From: Bacillota bacterium
Lineage (GTDB): Bacteria; Bacillota; Clostridia; Lachnospirales; Lachnospiraceae
Direction: 5' to 3'
Assembly: GCA_023415475.1 (NCBI GenBank)
Contig: JAEZKL010000130.1
Coordinates: forward strand, 27,529 to 91,528
DNA length: 64,000 nt
The translations under genes were made by a program, and so were the position numbers. Positions 9,340-18,171 of the stretch are shown here, piece after piece. Under the pieces are notes generated by a model. The model was not told where the DNA came from. It saw nothing but the letters and a program-made list of their open reading frames with translations, and did not search any database. How positions within the stretch are numbered: position 1 is the first letter of the stretch; the number at the start of each line of letters is the position of its first letter.

Positions 9340-10812
9340 TTATTTCAGCGTTGATATCTCAATTCTATCATATTCGTATGCTTCCGGATGTTCTCCGTAG
9401 CGATCCAATTGTGAGGATTTACAATAGTAGACGTATTCCCCCTCTACATCAATACTACCGGATGAATAATAACCTCCCTCGAATTTGATGGTAGATTTGT
9501 CGCTAAGATCGATCAAGTAGATCTCAACCGGATCTTCATCACAGTCAAAGACTATCTTAAGATATCCCTCATCAATATCACCTCTCATAAAATAGGCAGA
9601 CCGGTTAATTTCTTTTATATCGAACGCATTCAGATACAGTCCGTTATTGTCTCCGTCAGTTCCGACAGAATATATATTCATGTCTTCCCCGTTATTGAAG
9701 TCGATACCGTAATACACATGAGAAGCAGTGGCTGCCAACAGGGTAAAGGTATTCGCCTCGAACCAATTGCATCCCAGTGCCTCTAATTCTTCTTTACTTA
9801 AGCTTTGTATCGTTGTAACTTCACGGTTCTTTACCTTATTTAGCTTCATTACTTTCGGTTCATCTGAGATAGCAAGAAAGAACAGTTCATTTTCGCTTGT
9901 CTTCATATCATATATATCCAGATCTTTATAAACTTCTTTCTTATTCTTCCCGTCAAAATCGATATAATATAGACGATCATTGGGATCATTCTCATTCAAG
10001 GTATTGTTAGAGCTTTTGCTGATATAATACAGTCCGTCCTGCACCATGACTGCTTCAAGGGTATCAATAGACTTTATCTTTGTGATAGTTTTCTTTACGC
10101 CCTCCTTATTAATCCGTATCAGCTCTCTGGCTTTTCTGTCTAAGGCAATTACGTCGTCATTATAAAATCCCAGTATTGTTGCTGTTCCCTTAAAAAGTCT
10201 GGTCTTATTCTTACCGTTCACACCAACCCGGTAAATGTCACCTTCCGTATGATAATAAATATTATCACCCTTGAGATAGAAATCACCGTTGTTAATATTG
10301 GCATCCTCTATTGTAGCAAGCTCTGTCACCTTCGAGGTATTCAGATTCTTTGCAGCGATCACCGTCTTGGTAAGCTTTCCCGTCTTATAAAAGAGATAAT
10401 TTCCATGAGTCAATGCCGTCGTACCGTGAACCGCCTCCTTAGTCGAAACAAAATCGGAATTCGACGCCGGTTCTGTTACCTTAGCCGGCTGCTCGGCCGG
10501 TGTTGGCTTTGCTGTAGACTCAGGATTCTTGGTGAGCGACGGCTCCGCTGTAGATTCCGGCTTCTTGGTTGGTGTTGGCTCTGTTGTGATCACAGACTCC
10601 TCTGCTGGTGTTGGCATTACCGTAGTCGAAACTGTTGATTGATCAAATGAATCTTCAATTTTATCATTTTCATTGTTACTATCTTGGGTTGATTTGTTAC
10701 ATGCTAAAGCTGCCATCGATACCATAAGCAGCAACCCTACCATCAAGGCCTTTTTCATCACCTTATATTTTTGTGATTTTCTTATTTCCTTTATATCATG
10801 GTTTGATATCAT
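9340..10812 (-). CDS. DUF5050-like membrane-anchored/secreted protein with a Pro/Thr/Glu-rich linker
   Basis: ORF 9340-10833. The start is probably ATG at 10812, preceded by GGAGG. A hydrophobic signal/anchor (LLLMVSMAALAC) is followed by a repetitive linker (PESTAEPSLTKNPESTAKPTPAE), then repeated YY/GD..YY motifs. Confidence 0.7.
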   Translation of the reverse strand: MISNHDIKEIRKSQKYKVMKKALMVGLLLMVSMAALACNKSTQDSNNENDKIEDSFDQSTVSTTVMPTPAEESVITTEPTPTKKPESTAEPSLTKNPESTAKPTPAEQPAKVTEPASNSDFVSTKEAVHGTTALTHGNYLFYKTGKLTKTVIAAKNLNTSKVTELATIEDANINNGDFYLKGDNIYYHTEGDIYRVGVNGKNKTRLFKGTATILGFYNDDVIALDRKARELIRINKEGVKKTITKIKSIDTLEAVMVQDGLYYISKSSNNTLNENDPNDRLYYIDFDGKNKKEVYKDLDIYDMKTSENELFFLAISDEPKVMKLNKVKNREVTTIQSLSKEELEALGCNWFEANTFTLLAATASHVYYGIDFNNGEDMNIYSVGTDGDNNGLYLNAFDIKEINRSAYFMRGDIDEGYLKIVFDCDEDPVEIYLIDLSDKSTIKFEGGYYSSGSIDVEGEYVYYCKSSQLDRYGEHPEAYEYDRIEISTLK

Positions 10813-10866
10813 AATTACCTCCATATATAGCATACTTATACATGATTCTACTATATTATAGACGAT

Positions 10867-10895
10867 ATTATAATAAGAATGGTTTCATTTGTAAA
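10867..10895 (-). promoter_or_regulatory. Sigma-A type promoter for the DUF5050 gene
   Basis: The minus strand reads TTTACA, a 17-nt spacer, then TATAAT. Confidence 0.45.
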
Positions 10896-10904
10896 ATATT
10901 GAAT

Positions 10905-13595
10905 TTAAGCCATCTGTCTTCTGGCAAGGCTTGCAAAAACACCGTCCCTTTCCATCAGCTCCTGATATGTACCCTGCTCTACGATTCTTCCCTGATCCAT
11001 TACTAGAATCTTATTACAGTTTCTGATTGTGCTCAACCGATGAGCAATAACAATACGAGTTGATTTCAAGCTGTCCAGACTCCTGCTGACAATCGCCTGA
11101 GTAGTATTGTCCAAAGCGCTGGTAGCTTCGTCGAAATAAATAATCTTAGGCTTATTCACAATGGCTCTGGCAATCATGATACGCTGCTTCTGACCGCCGG
11201 ATATCGTGGAGGCTCCCTCACTGATTGTGGTGTGCATACCCATGGGCATCTCTTTGATATCTTCTTCAATCCCTGCCATTGCTGCCGCTTCCCAGGCATC
11301 ATCCATCGAAAGGTATGGGTTGGTTCCAACAATATTATTAAAGATGGACCCAGTCATTAGTTGACCATTCTGAAGTACCACTCCTAACTGCCTGCGTACG
11401 GCTCTGACATCCACTTTTGATAAATCCTTTCCGTTATAATAGACGTTGCCTGTCTCCGGAGTCTCAAATCCAAGCAAAATACGGAGCAAAGTCGATTTAC
11501 CACAACCGGAGGTACCAACCAAAGCAACATAGTCTCCTTCCTCAATACGGAATGAAATATCCTGCAGGACAAGCGGTCCGTCACTCTGATAACGAAAGGA
11601 AACATGACTGACTTCTATCTCACCAGTCAAAGTACCGGGAGACAGCTTATTATCATCGTCCTCTGGCAGAGTCTCCAGAATGGGCTTCGCCCTTTTATAC
11701 AGCGGAATTACCAAATTGGCTCCGATGATCGAATTAGCAAGACCGACTAAAGAAAGCATAAAGGATACAAAGGCGGAATAGAAACCGATAAATCTGCTAG
11801 CCGTCATAGTCGCTTCACCACTAGCCTGTATATAGAATATAATCATACCGGCAAATACAGGAAAAGCCGTATAAAATACCGCAAGCACATTAGATATTCT
11901 CTCCCTGCAAAGTGTCAATCTGCATTGTTCCTTGAATTCATTTGCCCAACGGGAGAAGGCTCTGCTTTGCGCACCGGCAATCTTTAATTTTGTTACACTG
12001 CCAATCAGTTGAACCAACAATCCCGTTATTTTGTTTGATGCAGCAAGAACCTTATGCTCATATTTTACCTTGCGGGCTGCCAGCAACGCCATAACCAGAA
12101 TAGACAAAAGGACCAGTAGAGCGGCAACCATGGCAAGCCTTGAATTATAGTAGAACAATACCACGAAGGTGAACACTGAAAAGACACCAGATAATATGGA
12201 ATTTAATGTAGTTCCTGAAAGTATCATACGAATTTGGCTGATTCCCATTGCACGCATAGCCAAATCACCGGAAGAAAATTGCTTATAAAAGGGTACCGGA
12301 AGACTAAGCAGGCGATCCCATACAGCAGCCTGAAGGGCTCCATCCATCCTACCCTCCATACGCTGGGTTGCCAATGCACGCGTTAATTGAAAAAGCATGG
12401 TTGCCAGTGCACTTACACAGAGTATTAATCCAATCTGCAACAGCGCACCTATATCCCCCTCCGGTATAACATAATCAAAGACTAATCCGGTGGCCAATGG
12501 TACTGCAGTACTCAGTATCCCCCCAAATGCACCCATAATAGCAATTCTAAAAAGATCCTGTTTCCAACAGCTTTGCACTCCAAAACTCATTAGTTCCTTT
12601 AAGCCTATCTTCTTCTGCTCAAATGGACGAAATAACACAACGCCCTCTTCTCTAATCTGGGATGCCACCTTCTTGTTAACAGGGCATTGATTGCCATATG
12701 TCGGGTCATATAGGATATAGCAGCTTGGTGTTCTAGGCAATAGAGCAACTGGTCTGCCGTCCTCCTTCATATAACCCAGAATAGGTCCTCCGTCCTGTTT
12801 ATACCACCTGCCGTTTAAGGCTATCTCTCTTGTACGGAAATGAGATGCCCTTGCAATCGCATTTAGTGTAAGCTCTTGTTCTTCCTTTCGAGAAGGCAAT
12901 AATATCTTCATCTTAAGACTCTGTCCAATCAGATTACAGACATCGGCAAGTGCATTACCGCTATCCTCATGAAGAACGGTCTTTTTCTCCTTCTGATTCA
13001 GGACCGTAAGCTGCTTCAGTGAGTTAGATATTAATCGTTGGTCATTTTCCTGTCTCCTCTTCCGTTGTATCTCTTCGTTCTCTCTTTGCTTTTTGCATCG
13101 CTCTGCCTGAGAACACAGAATCCTGCTGTGAAGGCTGTTTCTTATTTCTTTCTTCTTTATAAACTCTTCAATAATGATTCCTTCCTCCGCAGCAGCTATC
13201 TCATTGTCTGCCGCACCTCGCACACCTTCCGATATATGCTTCAACCAGTTTTGTGTCATCTGTGAAAGCTTTACTTTAACCTTCTCATCTGATACCCCAG
13301 CCAACCATAAGGTTTCTAACCGGATTAACACACAGTCAAGGGAAGGTGCAGCCTGAATCACCATTCCATGTTCCGCCATTTCATGTTCCATACCAAAAAG
13401 CAACTCTCCCGGACCGGCCTCAAACCAAAAATATCTTACTCCTGTTTCATTATCAGACCTTAAGGCCGACAAGAAAAATAAAGCCGTGCCCTCCAGGACA
13501 AGCCAGACATACTCCGGGTTATGAAGCAAGTGTACCATGTCCTCTTTATTATCGATTATCGTGCCTTCCTTTTGAAATATATCAAAAATATCCAT
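10905..13595 (-). CDS. NHLP-type bacteriocin export ABC transporter permease/ATPase subunit with an extra N-terminal domain (cNMP-binding-like)
   Basis: 896 aa. The C-terminal NBD has GTSGCGKST, LSGGQKQR and IIYFDEATSALD. A six-helix TMD precedes it. About 330 N-terminal residues come before the TMD. It is paired with the C39 ABC gene and the HlyD gene. Confidence 0.85.
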   Translation of the reverse strand: MDIFDIFQKEGTIIDNKEDMVHLLHNPEYVWLVLEGTALFFLSALRSDNETGVRYFWFEAGPGELLFGMEHEMAEHGMVIQAAPSLDCVLIRLETLWLAGVSDEKVKVKLSQMTQNWLKHISEGVRGAADNEIAAAEEGIIIEEFIKKKEIRNSLHSRILCSQAERCKKQRENEEIQRKRRQENDQRLISNSLKQLTVLNQKEKKTVLHEDSGNALADVCNLIGQSLKMKILLPSRKEEQELTLNAIARASHFRTREIALNGRWYKQDGGPILGYMKEDGRPVALLPRTPSCYILYDPTYGNQCPVNKKVASQIREEGVVLFRPFEQKKIGLKELMSFGVQSCWKQDLFRIAIMGAFGGILSTAVPLATGLVFDYVIPEGDIGALLQIGLILCVSALATMLFQLTRALATQRMEGRMDGALQAAVWDRLLSLPVPFYKQFSSGDLAMRAMGISQIRMILSGTTLNSILSGVFSVFTFVVLFYYNSRLAMVAALLVLLSILVMALLAARKVKYEHKVLAASNKITGLLVQLIGSVTKLKIAGAQSRAFSRWANEFKEQCRLTLCRERISNVLAVFYTAFPVFAGMIIFYIQASGEATMTASRFIGFYSAFVSFMLSLVGLANSIIGANLVIPLYKRAKPILETLPEDDDNKLSPGTLTGEIEVSHVSFRYQSDGPLVLQDISFRIEEGDYVALVGTSGCGKSTLLRILLGFETPETGNVYYNGKDLSKVDVRAVRRQLGVVLQNGQLMTGSIFNNIVGTNPYLSMDDAWEAAAMAGIEEDIKEMPMGMHTTISEGASTISGGQKQRIMIARAIVNKPKIIYFDEATSALDNTTQAIVSRSLDSLKSTRIVIAHRLSTIRNCNKILVMDQGRIVEQGTYQELMERDGVFASLARRQMA

Positions 13596-13643
13596 ATCTC
13601 ACCCGCTCTTTTCTATGAAAGCACTGCACAAGCCGCAGTCTGC

Positions 13644-15818
13644 TTAACCTGTCTTAATCAGTTCGGTATAAACCCCGTTCTTTGCGTACAACTCATCATG
13701 TGTTCCACGTTCAACGATTTTTCCTTTATCAAGGAGAATAATCTCATCGCAATCTCGAATGGTACTGAGGCGATGCGCTATAATCAGACAGGTACACCCC
13801 CGCCGTCTGATATTCTCATCGACTGCTTTTTCCATCAACGGATCGAGCGCACTTGTCGCCTCATCAAGGATTAGTATCGATGGATTTCGCAGTAGCGCTC
13901 TGGCAATTTCAATACGCTGCCTCTGCCCACCACTAAAATTCTTACCTTCTTCTTCCATTCTTAGATCATAACCGCCGGAACGGGCAGTAATGTCCTCATG
14001 AATACAGGCATCCTTTGCTGCACGGATAAGCTCCTCCTCCCCCACAGTCTCATCCCATAAGGAAATATTATCGCGAATACTTTCCCGAAATATTCTGATA
14101 TCCTGGTCAACCATACACAGAGAATTGGTAATCACATACTGCTGCCACTCGGTTCGAGGCCGTCCATCCAGAAGTATTTCACCCGACCACGGCTGATAAA
14201 TACCAGCCAATAGCTTTGCTACGGTTGATTTACCGCTGCCGGAACCGCCTACCAGTGCCACTCGATTGCCCGGCTTAAGCTTTAGGCTGAAAATCTCGAT
14301 GAGTGGCGGATCCAGAGAACTATAACCAAAGGTAATGTCCTTAAGATCAACAAATCCCTCCAGTTTGTAGTCTTTCTCCTCCTGAACATCTGAGAGTTCT
14401 TCCGCCTTTGATATTTCGGTCTCTTTATTGTCAAAATCTATGGGATTTTTCATAACATCATCCAGTCGCTCGATTTCTCCTTCCACTTCCTGAAGCTCCG
14501 CTCCCAATCCGATGATCTCCTTCACCGGTGTCATAAAGCTTTCCATAAGACTTTGAAAGGCCACTAGCATACCAATTGTCATACTACCCCTGAGAATAAA
14601 ATATGCACCCATAATCAGTACGACCGCATTGTTAATACCGTTAAGGAATACCGGAAGCACCCCCAAATACTGAGAGGATACACCAAGCTTTTGCTCTGAA
14701 TTTAGAGCTTTTGCTTGATATCCTGACCATTTGGCAAAGAAATCAGATTCCGAGCCGGAGGCTTTTAATGTCTCAATAAGCTGTAAACCGTTCATGCCGG
14801 TAGCTATAAGCAGACCTCTGTCCTTTAACAACAAACTGTTACTATCCTTTCTATGATACGAGACCAGCTTAAGATAGAGAATATTGATAAGCGCGATAAC
14901 TGCTCCTACTGTAGCTAATACGATATTGTAGCGTAGCATCAGCAGAAAATAAAAAATAATCAAAACTAAATTTAACAATGCTGATGCAAGCTTGCCGGAC
15001 AGAAACTTTGCAACACGGTCATTACTCTGCATACGGGACGCAATATCCCCGACCACTCGTTGGTAGAAAAATACCGGTGGCAGCCTTAAGATATGCCATA
15101 AGAAGCGGCTTGAATTTGCGATTGCCAGTTTCATCTCCATCTTTAACAAAACATGTTTTTGCAGGAGGGTAAGTATCCCTCGAAATACGGCTGTTATTCC
15201 CATTCCCAACAGCAAGGGCATTACCCAGGAGGTTTTCCCGTCAAGAAGCACATCATCAACAAAGCTTCTTGTAAAGACAGGAAGTATCAATCCGGGAATG
15301 ACCATTGCCAATCCCACCAGCACCACATACAGTAAGGCTGCTTTCAAGCCGGACAGCCGATTCAGTAAGGTTGCTGCTATGCTGCTTTTCTTCCCTTCCT
15401 TCCGAAACTCTGTCGTAGGCTTAAATGACATTGTCACTCCCGTAAAGGATTGATTGAATTCCTCCTCTGTTACACTGCGTCGTCCTGAAGCAGGATCATT
15501 AATATAGAATTTGCTTTTCCCAATACCTTCAAGAACCATAAAATGACTGAAATTCCAATGGATGATTAGAGGTAATTGCATTTCCTTCAATTGACTTGGT
15601 TCCTTGCGATATCCCTTCGCCTCCAGATCGTAATGTCTTGCTGCTTTTAATATATTACTTGCTTTACTGCCATCGCGGGAAACACCGCATTCCACTCTTA
15701 CCTGCTCAAGTGGCACATATTTCCCGTAATATCTTAGAATCATGGTTAGTGAGGCTGCTCCGCATTCCGAGGCTTCCATCTGCAGAACAGTGGGAACCTT
15801 AACACGATACCTTCCCAT
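13644..15818 (-). CDS. NHLP-type bacteriocin export ABC transporter with an N-terminal C39 peptidase domain
   Basis: 724 aa. The C39 Cys motif is QMEASECGAASLTMILRYYG, with downstream HWNFSHFMVLEG and NDPASG (His/Asp). It also has a TMD and an NBD (GGSGSGKST, FSGGQRQR, ILILDEATSALD). Confidence 0.9.
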   Translation of the reverse strand: MGRYRVKVPTVLQMEASECGAASLTMILRYYGKYVPLEQVRVECGVSRDGSKASNILKAARHYDLEAKGYRKEPSQLKEMQLPLIIHWNFSHFMVLEGIGKSKFYINDPASGRRSVTEEEFNQSFTGVTMSFKPTTEFRKEGKKSSIAATLLNRLSGLKAALLYVVLVGLAMVIPGLILPVFTRSFVDDVLLDGKTSWVMPLLLGMGITAVFRGILTLLQKHVLLKMEMKLAIANSSRFLWHILRLPPVFFYQRVVGDIASRMQSNDRVAKFLSGKLASALLNLVLIIFYFLLMLRYNIVLATVGAVIALINILYLKLVSYHRKDSNSLLLKDRGLLIATGMNGLQLIETLKASGSESDFFAKWSGYQAKALNSEQKLGVSSQYLGVLPVFLNGINNAVVLIMGAYFILRGSMTIGMLVAFQSLMESFMTPVKEIIGLGAELQEVEGEIERLDDVMKNPIDFDNKETEISKAEELSDVQEEKDYKLEGFVDLKDITFGYSSLDPPLIEIFSLKLKPGNRVALVGGSGSGKSTVAKLLAGIYQPWSGEILLDGRPRTEWQQYVITNSLCMVDQDIRIFRESIRDNISLWDETVGEEELIRAAKDACIHEDITARSGGYDLRMEEEGKNFSGGQRQRIEIARALLRNPSILILDEATSALDPLMEKAVDENIRRRGCTCLIIAHRLSTIRDCDEIILLDKGKIVERGTHDELYAKNGVYTELIKTG

Positions 15819-15820
15819 CT

Positions 15821-16786
15821 CTACTGCACCCCTCTTTCCAGGCTGGGAATTACTTTCTCCAGTGGTCTTTCTCTACTGATTACAACTGCTCCCTGCACCA
15901 GCGTTCCACTGGAGATCGTAAAAGGTGGTCCGGAGGGAGAAGACCATTTAAAACCACTTACTGTATGAATATCTGTCGTTAAATCAATCTTAACCCGAAC
16001 CGGTATACCCATCTCACTAAGCTTTGCAACCAGTTCCTGACTGCCAAGTGTCTGAAGCATACTCTGCTCCGTTGCCGGGTATTCGTCAACAGATATCACT
16101 CTCCCTATCATAAACCCAAATTCTTCTTTATTTACAATACTAGGTATAATCTGTGCCTCCATACCGGATCTGATCCTTCCGCTCTGCTCAGCTGTTACAT
16201 ATAATACCGCCTCTAACCTGACCGTAGAATCATACTGCTCCAGAATCGCAAGAGCGTCTCCCTGTTTAATGACACTTCCTTTCTGAATATTAAGCTCCAT
16301 AATGCGTCCTGTTATCGGTGCAATAATTCTGGAGCGATAATCGAGCTCCTCCCTGAGCTGCTTTACCCTAGTCTGTGCCTCTGTAAATTCCTCTGCGCTT
16401 ACATTATTCGCTGCTTCCATCGAACTGAGTGTATCAATCAAACTATTAATTTGCTCCACCAGCTCCGGTTGTGCAACTCTTGCAATGACATCCCCTTTAT
16501 TCACCATGTCACCGTTTTCAAAACGAATATCCGTTACCTGCCCCATACTTTCGGAATTCAATGTATACACACCCGCATTATTTAATAGAATTCCGGTTCC
16601 CTCAATCTTCGTAATAATACTCCCCCTATAACCCCAGATCGCTGCACAGAATAAAATAAGACCGATAGCAACCAAAACTAGCCAGGCTTTGGGTGAGGTC
16701 AATCGAATTAACTGATCAAGCTGTTCCGGAGAGGAAAGCTTCTTTAATGATATTTCACGAAAGACAGTCCTTTTCATTCCAATCAC
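15821..16786 (-). CDS. HlyD-family secretion/adaptor protein of the NHLP bacteriocin system
   Basis: 321 aa. It has the KLSSPEQLDQLIRL signature, a single TM helix, and coiled-coil and barrel regions. It ends 2 nt before the C39 ABC gene start. Confidence 0.85.
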   Translation of the reverse strand: MIGMKRTVFREISLKKLSSPEQLDQLIRLTSPKAWLVLVAIGLILFCAAIWGYRGSIITKIEGTGILLNNAGVYTLNSESMGQVTDIRFENGDMVNKGDVIARVAQPELVEQINSLIDTLSSMEAANNVSAEEFTEAQTRVKQLREELDYRSRIIAPITGRIMELNIQKGSVIKQGDALAILEQYDSTVRLEAVLYVTAEQSGRIRSGMEAQIIPSIVNKEEFGFMIGRVISVDEYPATEQSMLQTLGSQELVAKLSEMGIPVRVKIDLTTDIHTVSGFKWSSPSGPPFTISSGTLVQGAVVISRERPLEKVIPSLERGVQ

Positions 16787-17949
16787 CTTTCCAGACGGCT
16801 AAATGATCCGTCTATAAGTTGCTTAATCACTATTAAATCTCCTGCTTCGTCGCCGGTTTCGGTAAATTCATGCACTCCGCATACACCCGTCCATTTCCCG
16901 AGCTCACGCAGTTTCTCCGCAACCTCCTCACGATTATTATTCTCAGTATTCTGTAAGGCGGCCGCCAAGATATGAACGGCATCATAGCCAAGTGCCGCAT
17001 AAGAATCGGGCTCCATCCCGTATTTATTAGCAAAATTGCGGGAAAAGCCTTTTGCCTGTTCGCTGGCAGCCGGGTCAAATACAGAACCAATCACGATGCT
17101 TGAATCCTGTTCTCCAATCAGGTTCGACAGCTGTGAGGAATCAAGTGCATTGCCTCCTATGAAAACTGTGTTAATCCCAATCTGTCCGGCATCATATATA
17201 AATTGCCCACCCTGGGATATTGCTGCCGCGACAAATATCCCATCATAGCCAAAGGCTCTCCACCTGTCCTTCAGACGGCTCAGCTCTTCTTCTCCGGCAT
17301 ACTCCGTAAAGCGATCAACTATGGTAATTCCATATCTTCGAAACTGATCCTCAACGGCATCCGCCAAACCCCTACCATAGGAATCATCGGAATAGTAAAT
17401 TACAATCCGCTTATGATTCATGTCAGCCAGAAATTCTGCTAATTTTTCTGCCAGAACAGCATCACTTGGAATGATCCGGAAAATATTTTGTTGATCTTTT
17501 TCGGTTAATTCCGGCGCAGTAGATGCAGGAGAAAGCATCACAAGATTTGCTTCCTTATAGATTGCAGATGCAGGCACTGAGATATAGGAGCTTTTATGTC
17601 CAATCACTGCCATTACTGTCTCACTATCCGACATACTTTGTGCGACAGCCAAGCCCTTAGTCGTCTCAGAAGCATCATCCGACTTCAGTAGTCGGAGTCT
17701 CTGCCCCCTTATCCCACCCTTCTCATTGATTTCTTCCACTGCCATGTCGATACCTTCTTCGAACAAACTAGTGTCGGATGCAAAGGGCCAAGCCACCCCC
17801 AGTGTAATTTCCTCCGTTTTGTTCGATATCTGCACACAGCTTGAAAGACTTAAGGTTATTATGATAACCGGAATGATTTTGATGACGAGCTGATCTATTT
17901 TTTTTATCATAACCTCATCCTTTCCTATGTTAAAACCATTATTTTGCAT
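16783..17949 (-). CDS. Periplasmic-binding-protein lipoprotein (LivK / Peripla_BP_6-like)
   Basis: 388-aa ORF. The likely start is ATG at 17910 (MIKKIDQ...). The lipobox is LSLSSC. The type-I PBP fold pattern includes GVAWPF...GIDMAVEEINEKGGIRGQRL. Its stop overlaps the HlyD start (ATGA at 16783-16786). Confidence 0.8.
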   Translation of the reverse strand: MQNNGFNIGKDEVMIKKIDQLVIKIIPVIIITLSLSSCVQISNKTEEITLGVAWPFASDTSLFEEGIDMAVEEINEKGGIRGQRLRLLKSDDASETTKGLAVAQSMSDSETVMAVIGHKSSYISVPASAIYKEANLVMLSPASTAPELTEKDQQNIFRIIPSDAVLAEKLAEFLADMNHKRIVIYYSDDSYGRGLADAVEDQFRRYGITIVDRFTEYAGEEELSRLKDRWRAFGYDGIFVAAAISQGGQFIYDAGQIGINTVFIGGNALDSSQLSNLIGEQDSSIVIGSVFDPAASEQAKGFSRNFANKYGMEPDSYAALGYDAVHILAAALQNTENNNREEVAEKLRELGKWTGVCGVHEFTETGDEAGDLIVIKQLIDGSFSRLER

Positions 17950-18000
17950 AGCTTCTCATTACTGAGCCGTTGTACGATAATACGCAGTGAGCTAAAAAGT

Positions 18001-18018
18001 ATTACATCATGATGTAAT
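18001..18018. promoter_or_regulatory. Perfect 18-bp palindrome in the divergent exporter/maturase intergenic region (candidate operator)
   Basis: The sequence is ATTACATCATGATGTAAT. It lies between the SBP-exporter operon start (17949/17910) and the radical SAM start (18172). Confidence 0.35.
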
Positions 18019-18171
18019 GAATTCATCAATCAAACGTATTAATTTACAATAGAAAGTACGTGTTGCGGAATTCTACAGACCCGAATGAAATATCATCCTG
18101 CTAAAAGCTTCATACGGAAGACAGACAGGTAATCGTTATCAAAAATATTATATAGAAAAGAGGATAAGAGA

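Noticed and set aside
10249-10638. A 129-aa Cys/Arg/Leu-rich ORF antisense to the DUF5050 linker
   Set aside because: It is an artefact of the repetitive Pro/Thr/Glu-coding DNA read on the opposite strand.
18086-18127. A 13-codon ORF (MKYHPAKSFIRKTDR) upstream of the radical SAM gene, considered as a possible extra precursor
   Set aside because: It has no RBS, no Cys and no leader-like features.
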